Under the pieces are notes generated by a model. That model was not told where the DNA came from and did no database searches. It worked only from the letters and a program-made list of their open reading frames with translations. From Oscillibacter sp. (GTDB taxonomy: Bacteria; Bacillota; Clostridia; Oscillospirales; Oscillospiraceae), in assembly GCA_017446225.1 (NCBI GenBank), contig JAFSRH010000036.1, forward strand, positions 9,826 to 73,825: 64,000 nucleotides of DNA, read 5' to 3'. Positions 8,844-17,995 of the stretch are shown here, one piece after another; position 1 is the stretch's first letter, and every line of letters begins with the position of its first letter. The position numbers and the translations under genes are program-made.

Positions 8844-9947
8844 TCAATCGGATTCCGGCTCCGGCTCTTTGGGTTCGGACTGCGGGACCGCGTCATCGGG
8901 GGCAGTCAGAGCCGTGGAGAGGTCCAGCCGCACACAGGTTCCCTCGCCCTGTCTGGAAGCCACGGAAAGCGCGTGGCCCAAGTCCGCGCAGATACGGCGG
9001 CAGAGGTACAGCCCCAGTCCGCGCGGCTCCTCGTCCGTCCGGGGTTCCGCGTCCAAAAGATGTTCGAGCGTTTCGGGGGAAATTCCGGTGCCGCTGTCAC
9101 GTACCGACAGAAACGGCCCCGCGCCGGTCCCGTTGCCATCGGACACCGTGGGCCAGTCCGGCATATCCTCCGCCGCGGGCGGTTCGCGTTCGATCGACAC
9201 CGTCACGCCCCCGGAGAAGGTGTACTTTAACGCGTTGGAGAGAATTTGTTCCAGCATGAACGCCAGCCACTTTCCGTCCGTTGCCACCATGACCGGGACC
9301 GGCTCAAACGTCAAGGAAAGCTGTTTTTCGATCGCTTCCCCATCGAACTTGCGTAAGCTCTTCCGCACGATCGCGCTCAAGTCGTACGTCCGCAACGCGT
9401 ACCCCGGGACGGTTTCCAGACGCGCGTAAACCACCGCCATTTCCGCGTAACGTTCCAGACGGCGCAGTTCCACCGACATACGCCGTACCATGGGGGAGTC
9501 GCCCGTCAGGAGGAGTTGTTCCATTTCGCTGATCGGGTCCTTCAATTCCTTGGCCCAGCGGGTGTAATACTCCGCCAGACCGGCACTTTCCGGTTCGGCC
9601 GTCTCCGCGTCCTCCATCGCCTCCACGCACCGGCGCAACAGATTCTGGTAATCCTCATCCGCGAAACTCTCTCCCGGGGGATAATTCGCGGACAGTTCGT
9701 CCAGCGTCCGCCGGTTGATTTCGGTCATGTCGCCCATGGTAAGGTGTTTCTGGTAGACGCGCAAAAGGCGGCGTATCTCAAAGAAAAGCGCCGGCGCGAG
9801 ACTGAACAGAATCATATAAGACAGGAAATCCGCCGGAAGTCCCTTCACGATAAAAATCACCGCCCAGACACCCCAGCAGAGCGCGATATACGCCGCCGCG
9901 TTCCGGCGGGAATAGGCGTACCGCAAGGCAAAGCGCACAAAATCCAT
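8844..9947 (-). CDS. Histidine-kinase-like membrane protein (BceS/intramembrane-sensing type) with an apparently degenerate H-box; no response regulator nearby
   Basis: Two N-terminal TM helices and no extracellular domain. HATPase motifs N-box ILSNALKYT, G1 DSGTGI and G2 GLGLYL are present. The H-box position reads YYTRWAKELKDPISEM, with K where His is expected. Confidence 0.78.
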   Translation of the reverse strand: MDFVRFALRYAYSRRNAAAYIALCWGVWAVIFIVKGLPADFLSYMILFSLAPALFFEIRRLLRVYQKHLTMGDMTEINRRTLDELSANYPPGESFADEDYQNLLRRCVEAMEDAETAEPESAGLAEYYTRWAKELKDPISEMEQLLLTGDSPMVRRMSVELRRLERYAEMAVVYARLETVPGYALRTYDLSAIVRKSLRKFDGEAIEKQLSLTFEPVPVMVATDGKWLAFMLEQILSNALKYTFSGGVTVSIEREPPAAEDMPDWPTVSDGNGTGAGPFLSVRDSGTGISPETLEHLLDAEPRTDEEPRGLGLYLCRRICADLGHALSVASRQGEGTCVRLDLSTALTAPDDAVPQSEPKEPEPESD

Positions 9948-9971
9948 TATCCGTCCTCCTCTACGCGGATT

Positions 9972-12533
9972 TCAGTCCGGGGCCAGCGGAACGCCGGTAC
10001 GCAGTTCCCGCCACTGCTCTTTCGTGATGAGCAGTTGCCGCGGGCGCGACCCCTCAAACGGTCCGATATAACCGCGGCGTTCCATCTGGTCTATCAGGCG
10101 GGACGCCCGCGAATAGCCTAATTTTAAGCGGCGTTGGAGCATGGACGTGGAAGCCTGTCCCGTTTCGAGGACCACGTCCACGGCGGCGGGAAGCAGTTCG
10201 TCCGTCTCCTCGGGCGGTTGCGGCGGGGGCGCGCCGGGCTTGTCCTGCGCGGACACGGCCGCGTCAATCGTGGCAAGGACGTTGTCATCGTAACGCGTCT
10301 CCCGCTCCCCCTTGACGAACGCCACGACCCGTTCGATCTCTTCCGGGGAGACGTAACAGCCCTGTACGCGCTTCTTCTCTCCGCCGAGCGGGGCGTAGAG
10401 CATATCCCCGTTGCCCACCAGTTTTTCGGCCCCGGCGCTGTCAAGGATGATACGGGATTCCATCGCGGAGGCCACCGCGAAGGCGATACGGCTGGGGATG
10501 TTCGCTTTCATCAGGCCCGTAATGACATCGGCGGACGGCCGCTGGGTGGCAATGACAAGGTGTATCCCCGCGGCGCGTCCCATCTGCGCCACGCGCATAA
10601 TCGACTCTTCCACTTCTTTCGCCGCCACCATCATTAAGTCCGCCAGTTCGTCAATGACGACCACCACGCTGGGCAGTTGACGCAAGTCCTTCTTTTTGAG
10701 CGTCAGGCGCTGGTACTCCGACAGCTTTTTGACGCCGTTTTCGGAGAACGTCTTATAGCGGCGCATCATCTCCGTGACCGCCCACTGTAACGCGCCGGCC
10801 GCCTTGCGCGGGTCCGTGACGACCGGAATCAGCAAGTGAGGAATGCCGTTATAGGGGGCCAGTTCCACCATTTTCGGGTCAATCATGATCAGGCGCAGTT
10901 GCTCCGGGGCGGACTTGTAAAGCAGGCTGATAATGATGGAGTTGGTACAGACCGATTTCCCGGAACCCGTGGTACCGGCTATGAGGACGTGGGGCAGTTC
11001 TTCTATCGTACCCGTCACGATATCGCCGCTGATGTCCTTGCCTAACGCGAAAGTCGTGGCGGAACTCTGCCGGAGGAAGTCCGGCGACTCGACCACGTCC
11101 CGTAACAGGACGGGCGTTTTCAGGCTGTTGGGCACCTCAATGCCGACCACCGATTTCCGGTTCTGGATGGGCGCAATCCTCACGCCGCTGCTCCCTAAAG
11201 AAAGCGCGATATCATCCGCCAGATTCATAACTTTGCTCAGCTTCACGCCCTGTTCCAGCCGGAACTCGTAGCGGGTAATGGACGGTCCGCGCACGGCCTC
11301 CCCCGCCGAAACCGCGTTGACATCGAAACTGGTCAATGTTTCTTCCAAACGTTTCGTATTCCGGGCCAGTTCCGCGCGGTCCTCCCGCTGGCTCTGGTTC
11401 TGGTTCCGGACCAGAAGCGTCACGGGCGGGGACACGTAGTCCCCGGCCTCCCCGGACATCTCCCGGGAAATGTCACGCGTGACCTTGTCGGATTCCTCCC
11501 GGATACTGGATTCCGCCTTTTTCGGCTTCGCTTTCGGCTTCTTTTCTTTCGGCGGCGGGGGCGGTAACGCCTCCGGCTCCTCCGGCTTTTTCAGGACAAC
11601 TTTTTGCTCCTTCTTTTTCACGGGCTTCCTTTTCGGCCGGACCGGTTCCGGCTCCTCTTCCGGCGGCTCCGGCGCGGCGCGTACGTTGCGCCACCAGTCC
11701 GAAAGACGCGTCCGGATATCGGGTCCGCGTCCGGCGCTGTCCGTGAAATCGGGTTCGTCATCGGGGGAAAAGTCGGGATAGTCTCCCTCCAGCCGGTCAT
11801 CGTATACGTACCCGCGCTGTTCCTCCGGTATCGCGGACCGCTCCCGGCGGATTTCCAGATGGGACGAGACTTTGTACAGGACAATCATCAGAAGCACCAG
11901 CGCCACGAATTGGGAGAAGAACGCCCGGAACAGTTCCGCCAGACCGCCCGACAGAACCCCGCCGGACGCCAGCGCCTGTCCGGTAATCCACAGACTGCGG
12001 ATCAGCTCCACGGCGCCCTGATTTTTGATCAGACTGGCTCCGGGAAGCAGTAAATGTCCGAGCATACCGAAGAGGAACGGCAGAAGCAGGGTACAGACCA
12101 CCGGCAGAAAGACCGGACGGTCCTCCCCCCGCCAGAGAATCAGCAGGGCCAGCGGCAGGGCCACAAGCGACATCATGTAACCGTACCCGAACAGCCCCCG
12201 GAAAAGGACCGAAATCCAGCCGACCAAAATGCCGTCCGTGGGCGTTTTGGCGAACACGTTCGGGAGGGTGAGCAAGTCGCAAAGCGTCAGAATTATCAAG
12301 GTAACCAGCGCGATTTCCCGTCCGTAGGCGCGGAACAGGCGTCCCAAGGCTTCCCCCAGCCAGTCGAACGCCGAAATCATCTCTTCGTCCCGGACCGGTT
12401 TCCGGCGTTTGGCATTGCGCCGGACCGGCGCGCCGCGCGCCTTTTTTGTACCCTTTCGCGCGGCCAACGCGTTCTTTTTCGGGCGGCCCGGCTTCCGTTT
12501 GACCGGAGCCTTCTTCTGTGCAGAGGCCGCCAT
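9972..12533 (-). CDS. ftsK: DNA translocase FtsK/SpoIIIE
   Basis: N-terminal TM block, Pro/Lys-rich linker, motor domain (LIAGTTGSGKS Walker A, VVVIDELADLM Walker B) and C-terminal gamma wHTH (TSMLQRRLKLGYSRASRLIDQME). ATG at 12533 preferred over the GTG at 12539. Confidence 0.93.
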   Translation of the reverse strand: MAASAQKKAPVKRKPGRPKKNALAARKGTKKARGAPVRRNAKRRKPVRDEEMISAFDWLGEALGRLFRAYGREIALVTLIILTLCDLLTLPNVFAKTPTDGILVGWISVLFRGLFGYGYMMSLVALPLALLILWRGEDRPVFLPVVCTLLLPFLFGMLGHLLLPGASLIKNQGAVELIRSLWITGQALASGGVLSGGLAELFRAFFSQFVALVLLMIVLYKVSSHLEIRRERSAIPEEQRGYVYDDRLEGDYPDFSPDDEPDFTDSAGRGPDIRTRLSDWWRNVRAAPEPPEEEPEPVRPKRKPVKKKEQKVVLKKPEEPEALPPPPPKEKKPKAKPKKAESSIREESDKVTRDISREMSGEAGDYVSPPVTLLVRNQNQSQREDRAELARNTKRLEETLTSFDVNAVSAGEAVRGPSITRYEFRLEQGVKLSKVMNLADDIALSLGSSGVRIAPIQNRKSVVGIEVPNSLKTPVLLRDVVESPDFLRQSSATTFALGKDISGDIVTGTIEELPHVLIAGTTGSGKSVCTNSIIISLLYKSAPEQLRLIMIDPKMVELAPYNGIPHLLIPVVTDPRKAAGALQWAVTEMMRRYKTFSENGVKKLSEYQRLTLKKKDLRQLPSVVVVIDELADLMMVAAKEVEESIMRVAQMGRAAGIHLVIATQRPSADVITGLMKANIPSRIAFAVASAMESRIILDSAGAEKLVGNGDMLYAPLGGEKKRVQGCYVSPEEIERVVAFVKGERETRYDDNVLATIDAAVSAQDKPGAPPPQPPEETDELLPAAVDVVLETGQASTSMLQRRLKLGYSRASRLIDQMERRGYIGPFEGSRPRQLLITKEQWRELRTGVPLAPD

Positions 12534-12535
12534 GT

Positions 12536-13384
12536 TCACACGCCCCCGAGATTCTTTACAAGGGTACCAACCAACGTCAGCGCGCCGACCGCCCAGCAGT
12601 AGACCGCGAACCCGCCGAACTTCCCGCGCCGTGCGATCATGTGCAGAAGCCGGATACAGGCGTACCCCACGACCGCCGCGACCACAACGCCAATCAAGTA
12701 CAGCGGGATTTCCTCCGCCACGATTCCGTACTCAAGCGCGTCTTTGAGGCTGAGCAGATTGGCGCCCAGAATCGCCGGAATAGACATCAGGAAGGAGTAA
12801 CGCACGGCGAACGTACGTTCAAAGCCCGCCAGACAGCCGGCCGTAATCGTAGCACCGGAACGGGAAATTCCCGGACAGGTGGCGATTGCCTGAGCAATGC
12901 CCACCGTCAGCACATCCCGGAAAGAGGCGTCCCGTTCCGTCTTGCCGCCCTTGGCCACGTGGTCGCACAGGAAGAGCAGACAGCCCGTGAAAATCAGCGC
13001 GCCCGCCACAAAGTACAGGTTGTCGCCCAGCGCTTCCACCGCGTCCTTGACCGGGAGGACCAGAAACAGGGGCAGTGTGCCCACGAGGATTAAGAGAATC
13101 AGCCGCCGCGCGGACGGGAGCGGATGAGGAACCGTACGGCGGGAGAGGTCCCCAATGCCCCGGAAGAGTTCCAGTACCATGGCCCGGATATCGTCCCAGT
13201 AGGCCACGAACACGGCCGCCAGCGTTCCCAGATGTAGAAGCACGTCAAAAAAAGCGGGAATTTCGGACACGCCGTCCATCCCGAAAAGCTGTTCCGCGAT
13301 TGCCAGATGTCCGGAAGAGGAGACCGGCAGAAATTCCGTCACCCCCTGAATGACGCCCAGCACAATGGAAGAAAACAATGTCAT
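12536..13384 (-). CDS. uppP: Undecaprenyl-diphosphate phosphatase UppP/BacA
   Basis: GVIQGVTEFLPVSSSGHL and PGISRSGATI signature motifs; 8-TM profile. Confidence 0.93.
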   Translation of the reverse strand: MTLFSSIVLGVIQGVTEFLPVSSSGHLAIAEQLFGMDGVSEIPAFFDVLLHLGTLAAVFVAYWDDIRAMVLELFRGIGDLSRRTVPHPLPSARRLILLILVGTLPLFLVLPVKDAVEALGDNLYFVAGALIFTGCLLFLCDHVAKGGKTERDASFRDVLTVGIAQAIATCPGISRSGATITAGCLAGFERTFAVRYSFLMSIPAILGANLLSLKDALEYGIVAEEIPLYLIGVVVAAVVGYACIRLLHMIARRGKFGGFAVYCWAVGALTLVGTLVKNLGGV

Positions 13385-13453
13385 AGCGGATCACACTCCT
13401 GTTGTCACAACGATTTCGGCTCCCGGAGGGCACAGCGCCTCGGCAGAGACACC

Positions 13454-13482
13454 AATATACCACGATACGCGGAAAAATTCCA
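13454..13482 (-). promoter_or_regulatory. Extended -10 promoter candidate for uppP-ftsK
   Basis: Minus strand reads TGgTATATT. The -35 is weak (TGGAAT/CTGGAA). Confidence 0.42.
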
Positions 13483-13521
13483 GTCATATTTCCGCGCGCC
13501 CGAAAAAAGCGCGCCGCCGCG

Positions 13522-13566
13522 CGGCAAGAAACGGGGCCGTCTCATTCCGGCGAATGGGACAGCCCC
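13522..13566 (-). terminator. Candidate intrinsic terminator after ftsH
   Basis: Minus strand reads GGGGCTGTCCCATTC-GCCG-GAATGAGACGGCCCC followed by GTTTCTT. Imperfect stem. Confidence 0.5.
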
Positions 13567-13576
13567 TGAAATACGG

Positions 13577-16033
13577 TTACTTTTTCTTTCTGCCTGCCGC
13601 GGCGGGTTTCTTTTTGGCGCCAGTTTTTGTAACGGCGTCTCCATCCTTGTCGGATTCCGTGTCAGTGGACGCGGTTTCCGCGGTCCCGTCCGCGGCTTTT
13701 TTACGGGTCGCGGTTTCTTCGGCGTTGTCCGCGCCGGATACGGGCTTTCCGGCCCGTTCCGTACGGGGCGGCGTATCTTCGGACCTGTCCGCGCCGGACA
13801 CGGCCTTTCCGGCCCGTTCCGTACGGGACGGCGTATCTTCGGACCTGTCCGCGCCGGACACGGCCTTTCCGGTCCCTTCCGTACGGGACGGCGTATCTTC
13901 GGACCTGTCCGCGCCGGATACGGACTTTCCGGCCCGTTCCGTACGGGGCGGCGTATCTTCGGACCTGTCCGCGCCGGACACGGGTTTCCCGGTCGTTTCC
14001 TGCGTGTCGTCCTTTTCAAGACGCACCGGCTTGGAGTTGCCACGGCTCCCGCCTTTGGACTTCTTCCCGCTCCGGTTCAAAATCCGGGACAGTACCGGCG
14101 TTACGCGCCCGTCTCTTTTCGCGTCATTGTCCGGCGTGACCGCCTCGGGAACGGACTCCGGATTTTTCGCGGGCTTTGCCTTCGCCGCCGGCGGCGGATT
14201 TTCAATGCCGTTCATCACGTTTACGAACGCTTCCCGCTCCATGGTCTCATGTTCGAGCAGATACCGCGCCACGGAATCTAATTGCCTCCGGTGTTCCTTC
14301 AGAATGGACTCGCAACGGCTGTACGCGTTGGCAAGTACGGCTTTAATTTCCTGATCAATTTCCGCCGCCACGGATTCGGAGTAAATCCGGCCCTGTGCCA
14401 TACTGCGCCCGATGAACACTTCCTCGTGTCCGGTCTCGAACGCCACCGCGCCGATACGGTCACTCATGCCGTAAGAGGCCACCATTTTCCGCGCGATATC
14501 GGTCGCGCGCTGGATGTCGTTACTGGCCCCGGTGGAGATATCGCCGATACAGAGCTGTTCAGCCACGCGTCCGCCCAGCAGGGACACAATTTTGTCTTCC
14601 ATGTACCGTCTGGAGAGAAAGGAACGGTCCTCTTCCGGCAAAGAAATCGTCATACCGCCGGCGGTCCCGCGCGGGACGATGGAAATCTGACTGACCGGGT
14701 CCTGTCCGGGCAGACTGTACATGACGACCGCGTGTCCGGCCTCATGCCACGCCGTCAACTCCCGTTCGTGCTGGGGAATCACGCGGCTGCGCTTTTCCGG
14801 ACCCGCGATGACTTTGATTTCCGCGTCCTTGAGGTCGTCCATGCTGATGAACGGACGGTTTTTCCGCGCGGCGAGCAGCGCGCCTTCGTTGACGAGGTTT
14901 TCCAAGTCCGCGCCCGTGAATCCGGCGGTACCCTGCGCCAGTTTGTGAAGGTCCACGTCCTCCGAAAGCGGCTTGCCCTTGGAATGGACCTGTAGAATCT
15001 CCTCCCGGCCCCGGATATCGGGCAGTCCCACGTAAATTTGACGGTCAAAGCGTCCGGGACGGAGAAGGGCGGGGTCGAGCACGTCCGCGCGGTTCGTGGC
15101 CGCCAAGACGACAACGCCCTCATTGGACGAAAAGCCGTCCATTTCCACAAGCAGTTGGTTCAAGGTCTGTTCGCGTTCATCGTGACCGCCGCCGAGTCCG
15201 GCGCCGCGCTGACGGCCCACCGCGTCAATCTCGTCAATGAACACAATGGCCGGAGACGTGCGTTTTGCCTGTTAAAAGAGGTCCCGGACGCGGCTGGCCC
15301 CCACGCCCACGTAGAGTTCCACAAAGTCGGAGCCGGAAATAGACAGAAAACCGACCTGCGCCTCCCCCGCGACCGCTTTGGCAAGCAGCGTTTTTCCGGT
15401 ACCCGGCGGCCCGATTAACAGCACGCCTTTCGGAATGCGCGCGCCGAGTTCGACATACTTTTCCGGGTCTTTCAGAAAGTCCACGATTTCCGAAAGTTCC
15501 TCCTTTTCCTCATCGGCCCCGGCCACGTCATCGAACGTAATGCGCTTGTCGTTTTCGGAGAGCGTACGGGTGCGCGCCATGCCGAAGCGCGCCATACGGT
15601 CTACGCCGCCGCCCATCATCTGCCCCCGGCCCATCATAAAGTACCACATGACGCCAATCATCAGCGCGGCCAATACCCATGGCACGAGCAGTTGGAGCCA
15701 GTCCGTGGAGTGGTCCTGATGGTAGTTGTAGCTCTGGATGACGCCGCGGGAATACTGGTCCTCTACCAGCGGGTTGAGGTCATTGTAAAAGAGCTGGAAG
15801 TCGTAGAGGTCATAATGCACAACTTTACTGCCGTTGATTTCTTCACGCAGGTTGAGCGTGAGCTTATTGTCCTCCACGGTAAAGGACACCACTTTTTCCT
15901 GCATGAAAAGCTGTCGGATGCGGGAATACTCCACTTCCGGCTGGGTGTTGTTCAACTGCCAAACCCAGCTCAACAGCAGAGCGGCAAGCAGAGCCAGCAA
16001 CAGCGCGCCGAAATTACTGCCTCGTCGCGTCAA
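13577..16033 (-). pseudogene. ftsH: ATP-dependent zinc metalloprotease FtsH, interrupted by a single in-frame TAA at 15272..15274. The N-fragment 15275..16033 carries the TM region and Walker A. The C-fragment 13577..15271 carries Walker B, SRH, the HEAGH protease domain and a repeat tail.
   Basis: ORFs 15272..16033 and 13577..15244 share one frame and read through as ...[32 protein letters not shown].... [12 protein letters not shown] and HEAGH are all present. Canonical tilS-hpt-ftsH synteny. Gene identity is near certain; pseudogene status depends on the base call at 15272..15274. Confidence 0.85.
13700..14000. repeat. 60-bp tandem repeat, about 4.5 copies, inside the ftsH 3' region (20-aa protein repeat)
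   Basis: Units 13731..13790, 13791..13850, 13851..13910 and 13911..13970 are nearly identical, with partial copies on both sides. They encode [10 protein letters not shown](P/S)RTE(R/G)(A/T)GK(P/A/S)V. Confidence 0.92.
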
Positions 16034-16064
16034 AAAAACCCCCCCTTTATGAATGGAACTGCTT

Positions 16065-16628
16065 TCAGGTTCTGTCCTGTTTCTCGTAGATTTCCGGCTT
16101 CAGAACTCCGATACAGGGCAAATTGCGGTAGAACTGGGCATAGTCGAGGCCATAGCCCACGACAAAGGCGTCCGGCACGGTGAAGCCGACATAATCGGCG
16201 GTAACGGCTTTCCGCCGTCCGGATGGTTTGTCCAACAGGGTAACAATGGTGATGGACGCGGCTCCCTTGGTTTTGAGGTACTCTTGCAGGAAGGCGAGGG
16301 TGTTTCCGGAGTCCAGAATATCTTCGACAATAATCAGGTCCCGGCCGCGGACGTCCTGTTGAAGGTCGTGGTTGATACGGACCCGCCCGGAAGAAACGGT
16401 GGAGTTTTCATAGGAACTGACCGCCATCATTTCCAAGTCACAGCGGATCGGACAGGCGCGGATGAGGTCGGCAAGGAAAATCAGGGAGCCTTTGAGAATG
16501 CCGACAAACAGGGGTTCGCGTCCGGCGAAACGTTCGGAGAGTTCCGCGCCCAGTTCCCGTACGCGCGCGCGGATTTCTTCCTCTGTATATAGTACCTTTA
16601 AAATGTCGTTTGTCAACTCATTTTTCAT
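16065..16628 (-). CDS. hpt: Hypoxanthine phosphoribosyltransferase
   Basis: Only the C-terminal 187 aa of ORF 16065..17795 look real ([19 protein letters not shown]...). PRPP motif [18 protein letters not shown] overlap with the tilS stop. Confidence 0.93.
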   Translation of the reverse strand: MKNELTNDILKVLYTEEEIRARVRELGAELSERFAGREPLFVGILKGSLIFLADLIRACPIRCDLEMMAVSSYENSTVSSGRVRINHDLQQDVRGRDLIIVEDILDSGNTLAFLQEYLKTKGAASITIVTLLDKPSGRRKAVTADYVGFTVPDAFVVGYGLDYAQFYRNLPCIGVLKPEIYEKQDRT

Positions 16629-17992
16629 AAATTGTACGCTTCCTTTCTGAAATTTTCCGTCGTTTCCCACAAACTGGATATTCCGCCTTCCCGGACGCGG
16701 ACAAAACGGCATTGCGGACCGTTGGGGACAAAGGCCGCGTCCGTGCCGATACGCCACACGGCGGCGAGTTGTCCGCCCAGATACAGCGCCGGCAAGGCGT
16801 CGCGGTCGCGCAGGGACACGCCGCGGTCGGCGCAAAGCCGCTTGACGGTACGGCTTCCGCGGCTTCCCGGGAGCGTCAGACGCGCCCCGGCCGGACAGGG
16901 ACGCACAGACACCGTGTCCGGTTCCCCGGCGCGGGCGGTCCGGAGCGCGATACCGTCCCCGGCGACATGGTCCGTCAGCGTCAGCTCGTACGGACCCCAG
17001 CGGAGCGGGACGCCGGGAAAAAGTTCCCGTTCCTCCAAGGCGGGACGCGTTTCCAGCAGAAACCAGCCGTCCCGTACGGAAGCCGTGACGCCGTGCGGAA
17101 GGTCCGCGCGTTTTCCGTTTCCGGCGTCCAGAAGGTCCAGCGCGGCGCGCACGTGCACGGACCCGACATCCTTCCGTCCCGCGCCGGTACGTTCCAGCAG
17201 GTCCAGCAGAATCAGCGGACGCAGTTCCGGCGGGGCGTCCGACAGCGTCCGGGCCGGAATCGCGGCGTAGCCGGTCCGTACCTCCGCGCGGTCCGTACGG
17301 CGGCGGGTCTCGGCCTCCGCGAACGCCTGTAACGCGGTCACGCGTTCGCCCGCGGCGCACAAATGCTCCTCCGCTTTCGCGTTCAGGCGTCTGAGAAGCG
17401 GCATGACTTCCAGCCGGAGAAAGTTTCTGGAAGCGGCGTCCGGGTCGGCGTTGGTCTCGTCCTCCACGTGCGGAATCCGGCGCGCGCGCGCGTACGCCTC
17501 TAACTCCGCCCGGGGCACGTCCAACAGCGGCCGGACAATCCCCCCCTGTTCGTGGGACATCCCGGACAGGCCGCGCGGACCCGTTCCGCGGATGAGGTTC
17601 CATAAGATGGTCTCGGCGTTGTCCCCGGCGTGATGGGCCACGTAAATACGTACGTTCCCGCGGGACGCGGCCTCCCGTCTCAGGAAGGCGTAACGCAGTT
17701 TCCGCGCGGCCTCTTCGATGGACAGCCCCTCGCGGACCGCGTACCCGCGTACGTCCGCGCCGCCGCTGACAAACGAAATCCCGTGCCGGTCGCACCAGTC
17801 CCGTACGAAACGCTCATCGCGCGGGGCGGCCGGGCGCAGATGGTGGTTATAGTGCGCGGCGGCAACGCTCCCGCCGTGCGCGGCGCACCACGTCCGCAAC
17901 AGTTCCAGTAAAACCATGGAATCCAGCCCGCCGGACACGCCGCACAGAACACGCTCTTCCGCTTTCGGCATCCACTGGGAAATGTCACGCAT
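16625..17992 (-). CDS. tilS: tRNA(Ile)-lysidine synthetase TilS
   Basis: PP-loop VLCGVSGGLDSMVLL and an HHAGDNAETIL-type motif. Located upstream of hpt-ftsH as in Bacillus. Confidence 0.92.
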   Translation of the reverse strand: MRDISQWMPKAEERVLCGVSGGLDSMVLLELLRTWCAAHGGSVAAAHYNHHLRPAAPRDERFVRDWCDRHGISFVSGGADVRGYAVREGLSIEEAARKLRYAFLRREAASRGNVRIYVAHHAGDNAETILWNLIRGTGPRGLSGMSHEQGGIVRPLLDVPRAELEAYARARRIPHVEDETNADPDAASRNFLRLEVMPLLRRLNAKAEEHLCAAGERVTALQAFAEAETRRRTDRAEVRTGYAAIPARTLSDAPPELRPLILLDLLERTGAGRKDVGSVHVRAALDLLDAGNGKRADLPHGVTASVRDGWFLLETRPALEERELFPGVPLRWGPYELTLTDHVAGDGIALRTARAGEPDTVSVRPCPAGARLTLPGSRGSRTVKRLCADRGVSLRDRDALPALYLGGQLAAVWRIGTDAAFVPNGPQCRFVRVREGGISSLWETTENFRKEAYNL

Positions 17993-17995
17993 ACG

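Noticed and set aside
13700-14000. Possible CRISPR array (regular direct repeats); the same question applies to 30004..30205
   Set aside because: The repeats are strictly tandem with no unique spacers, are multiples of 3 nt, and lie in frame inside coding sequences. No cas genes are present in the window.
13307-14354. Long ORFs 13307..14281 (+), 13350..14354 (+) and 13405..14043 (-) with striking internal repeats
   Set aside because: They are alternative-frame or antisense readings of the 60-bp tandem repeat in the ftsH tail. Their Arg/Pro/Gly-rich composition, lack of RBS, and the fact that the ftsH frame continues seamlessly from the protease domain all argue against them.
15272-15274. Stop-codon reassignment or programmed recoding as the explanation for the TAA inside ftsH
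   Set aside because: TAA terminates rpsB, maa, the SLH gene and ftsH itself in this window. No other gene shows internal TAA. No recoding signal such as a hairpin or SD-like stimulator is evident. Error or mutation is therefore the more parsimonious explanation.
16629-17795. N-terminal 389 aa of the 576-aa ORF 16065..17795
   Set aside because: This stretch is an Arg/Gly/Pro-rich shadow frame lying entirely inside tilS on the same strand. Only the last 187 aa (hpt, starting at ATG 16628) have a recognisable protein signature and an RBS.
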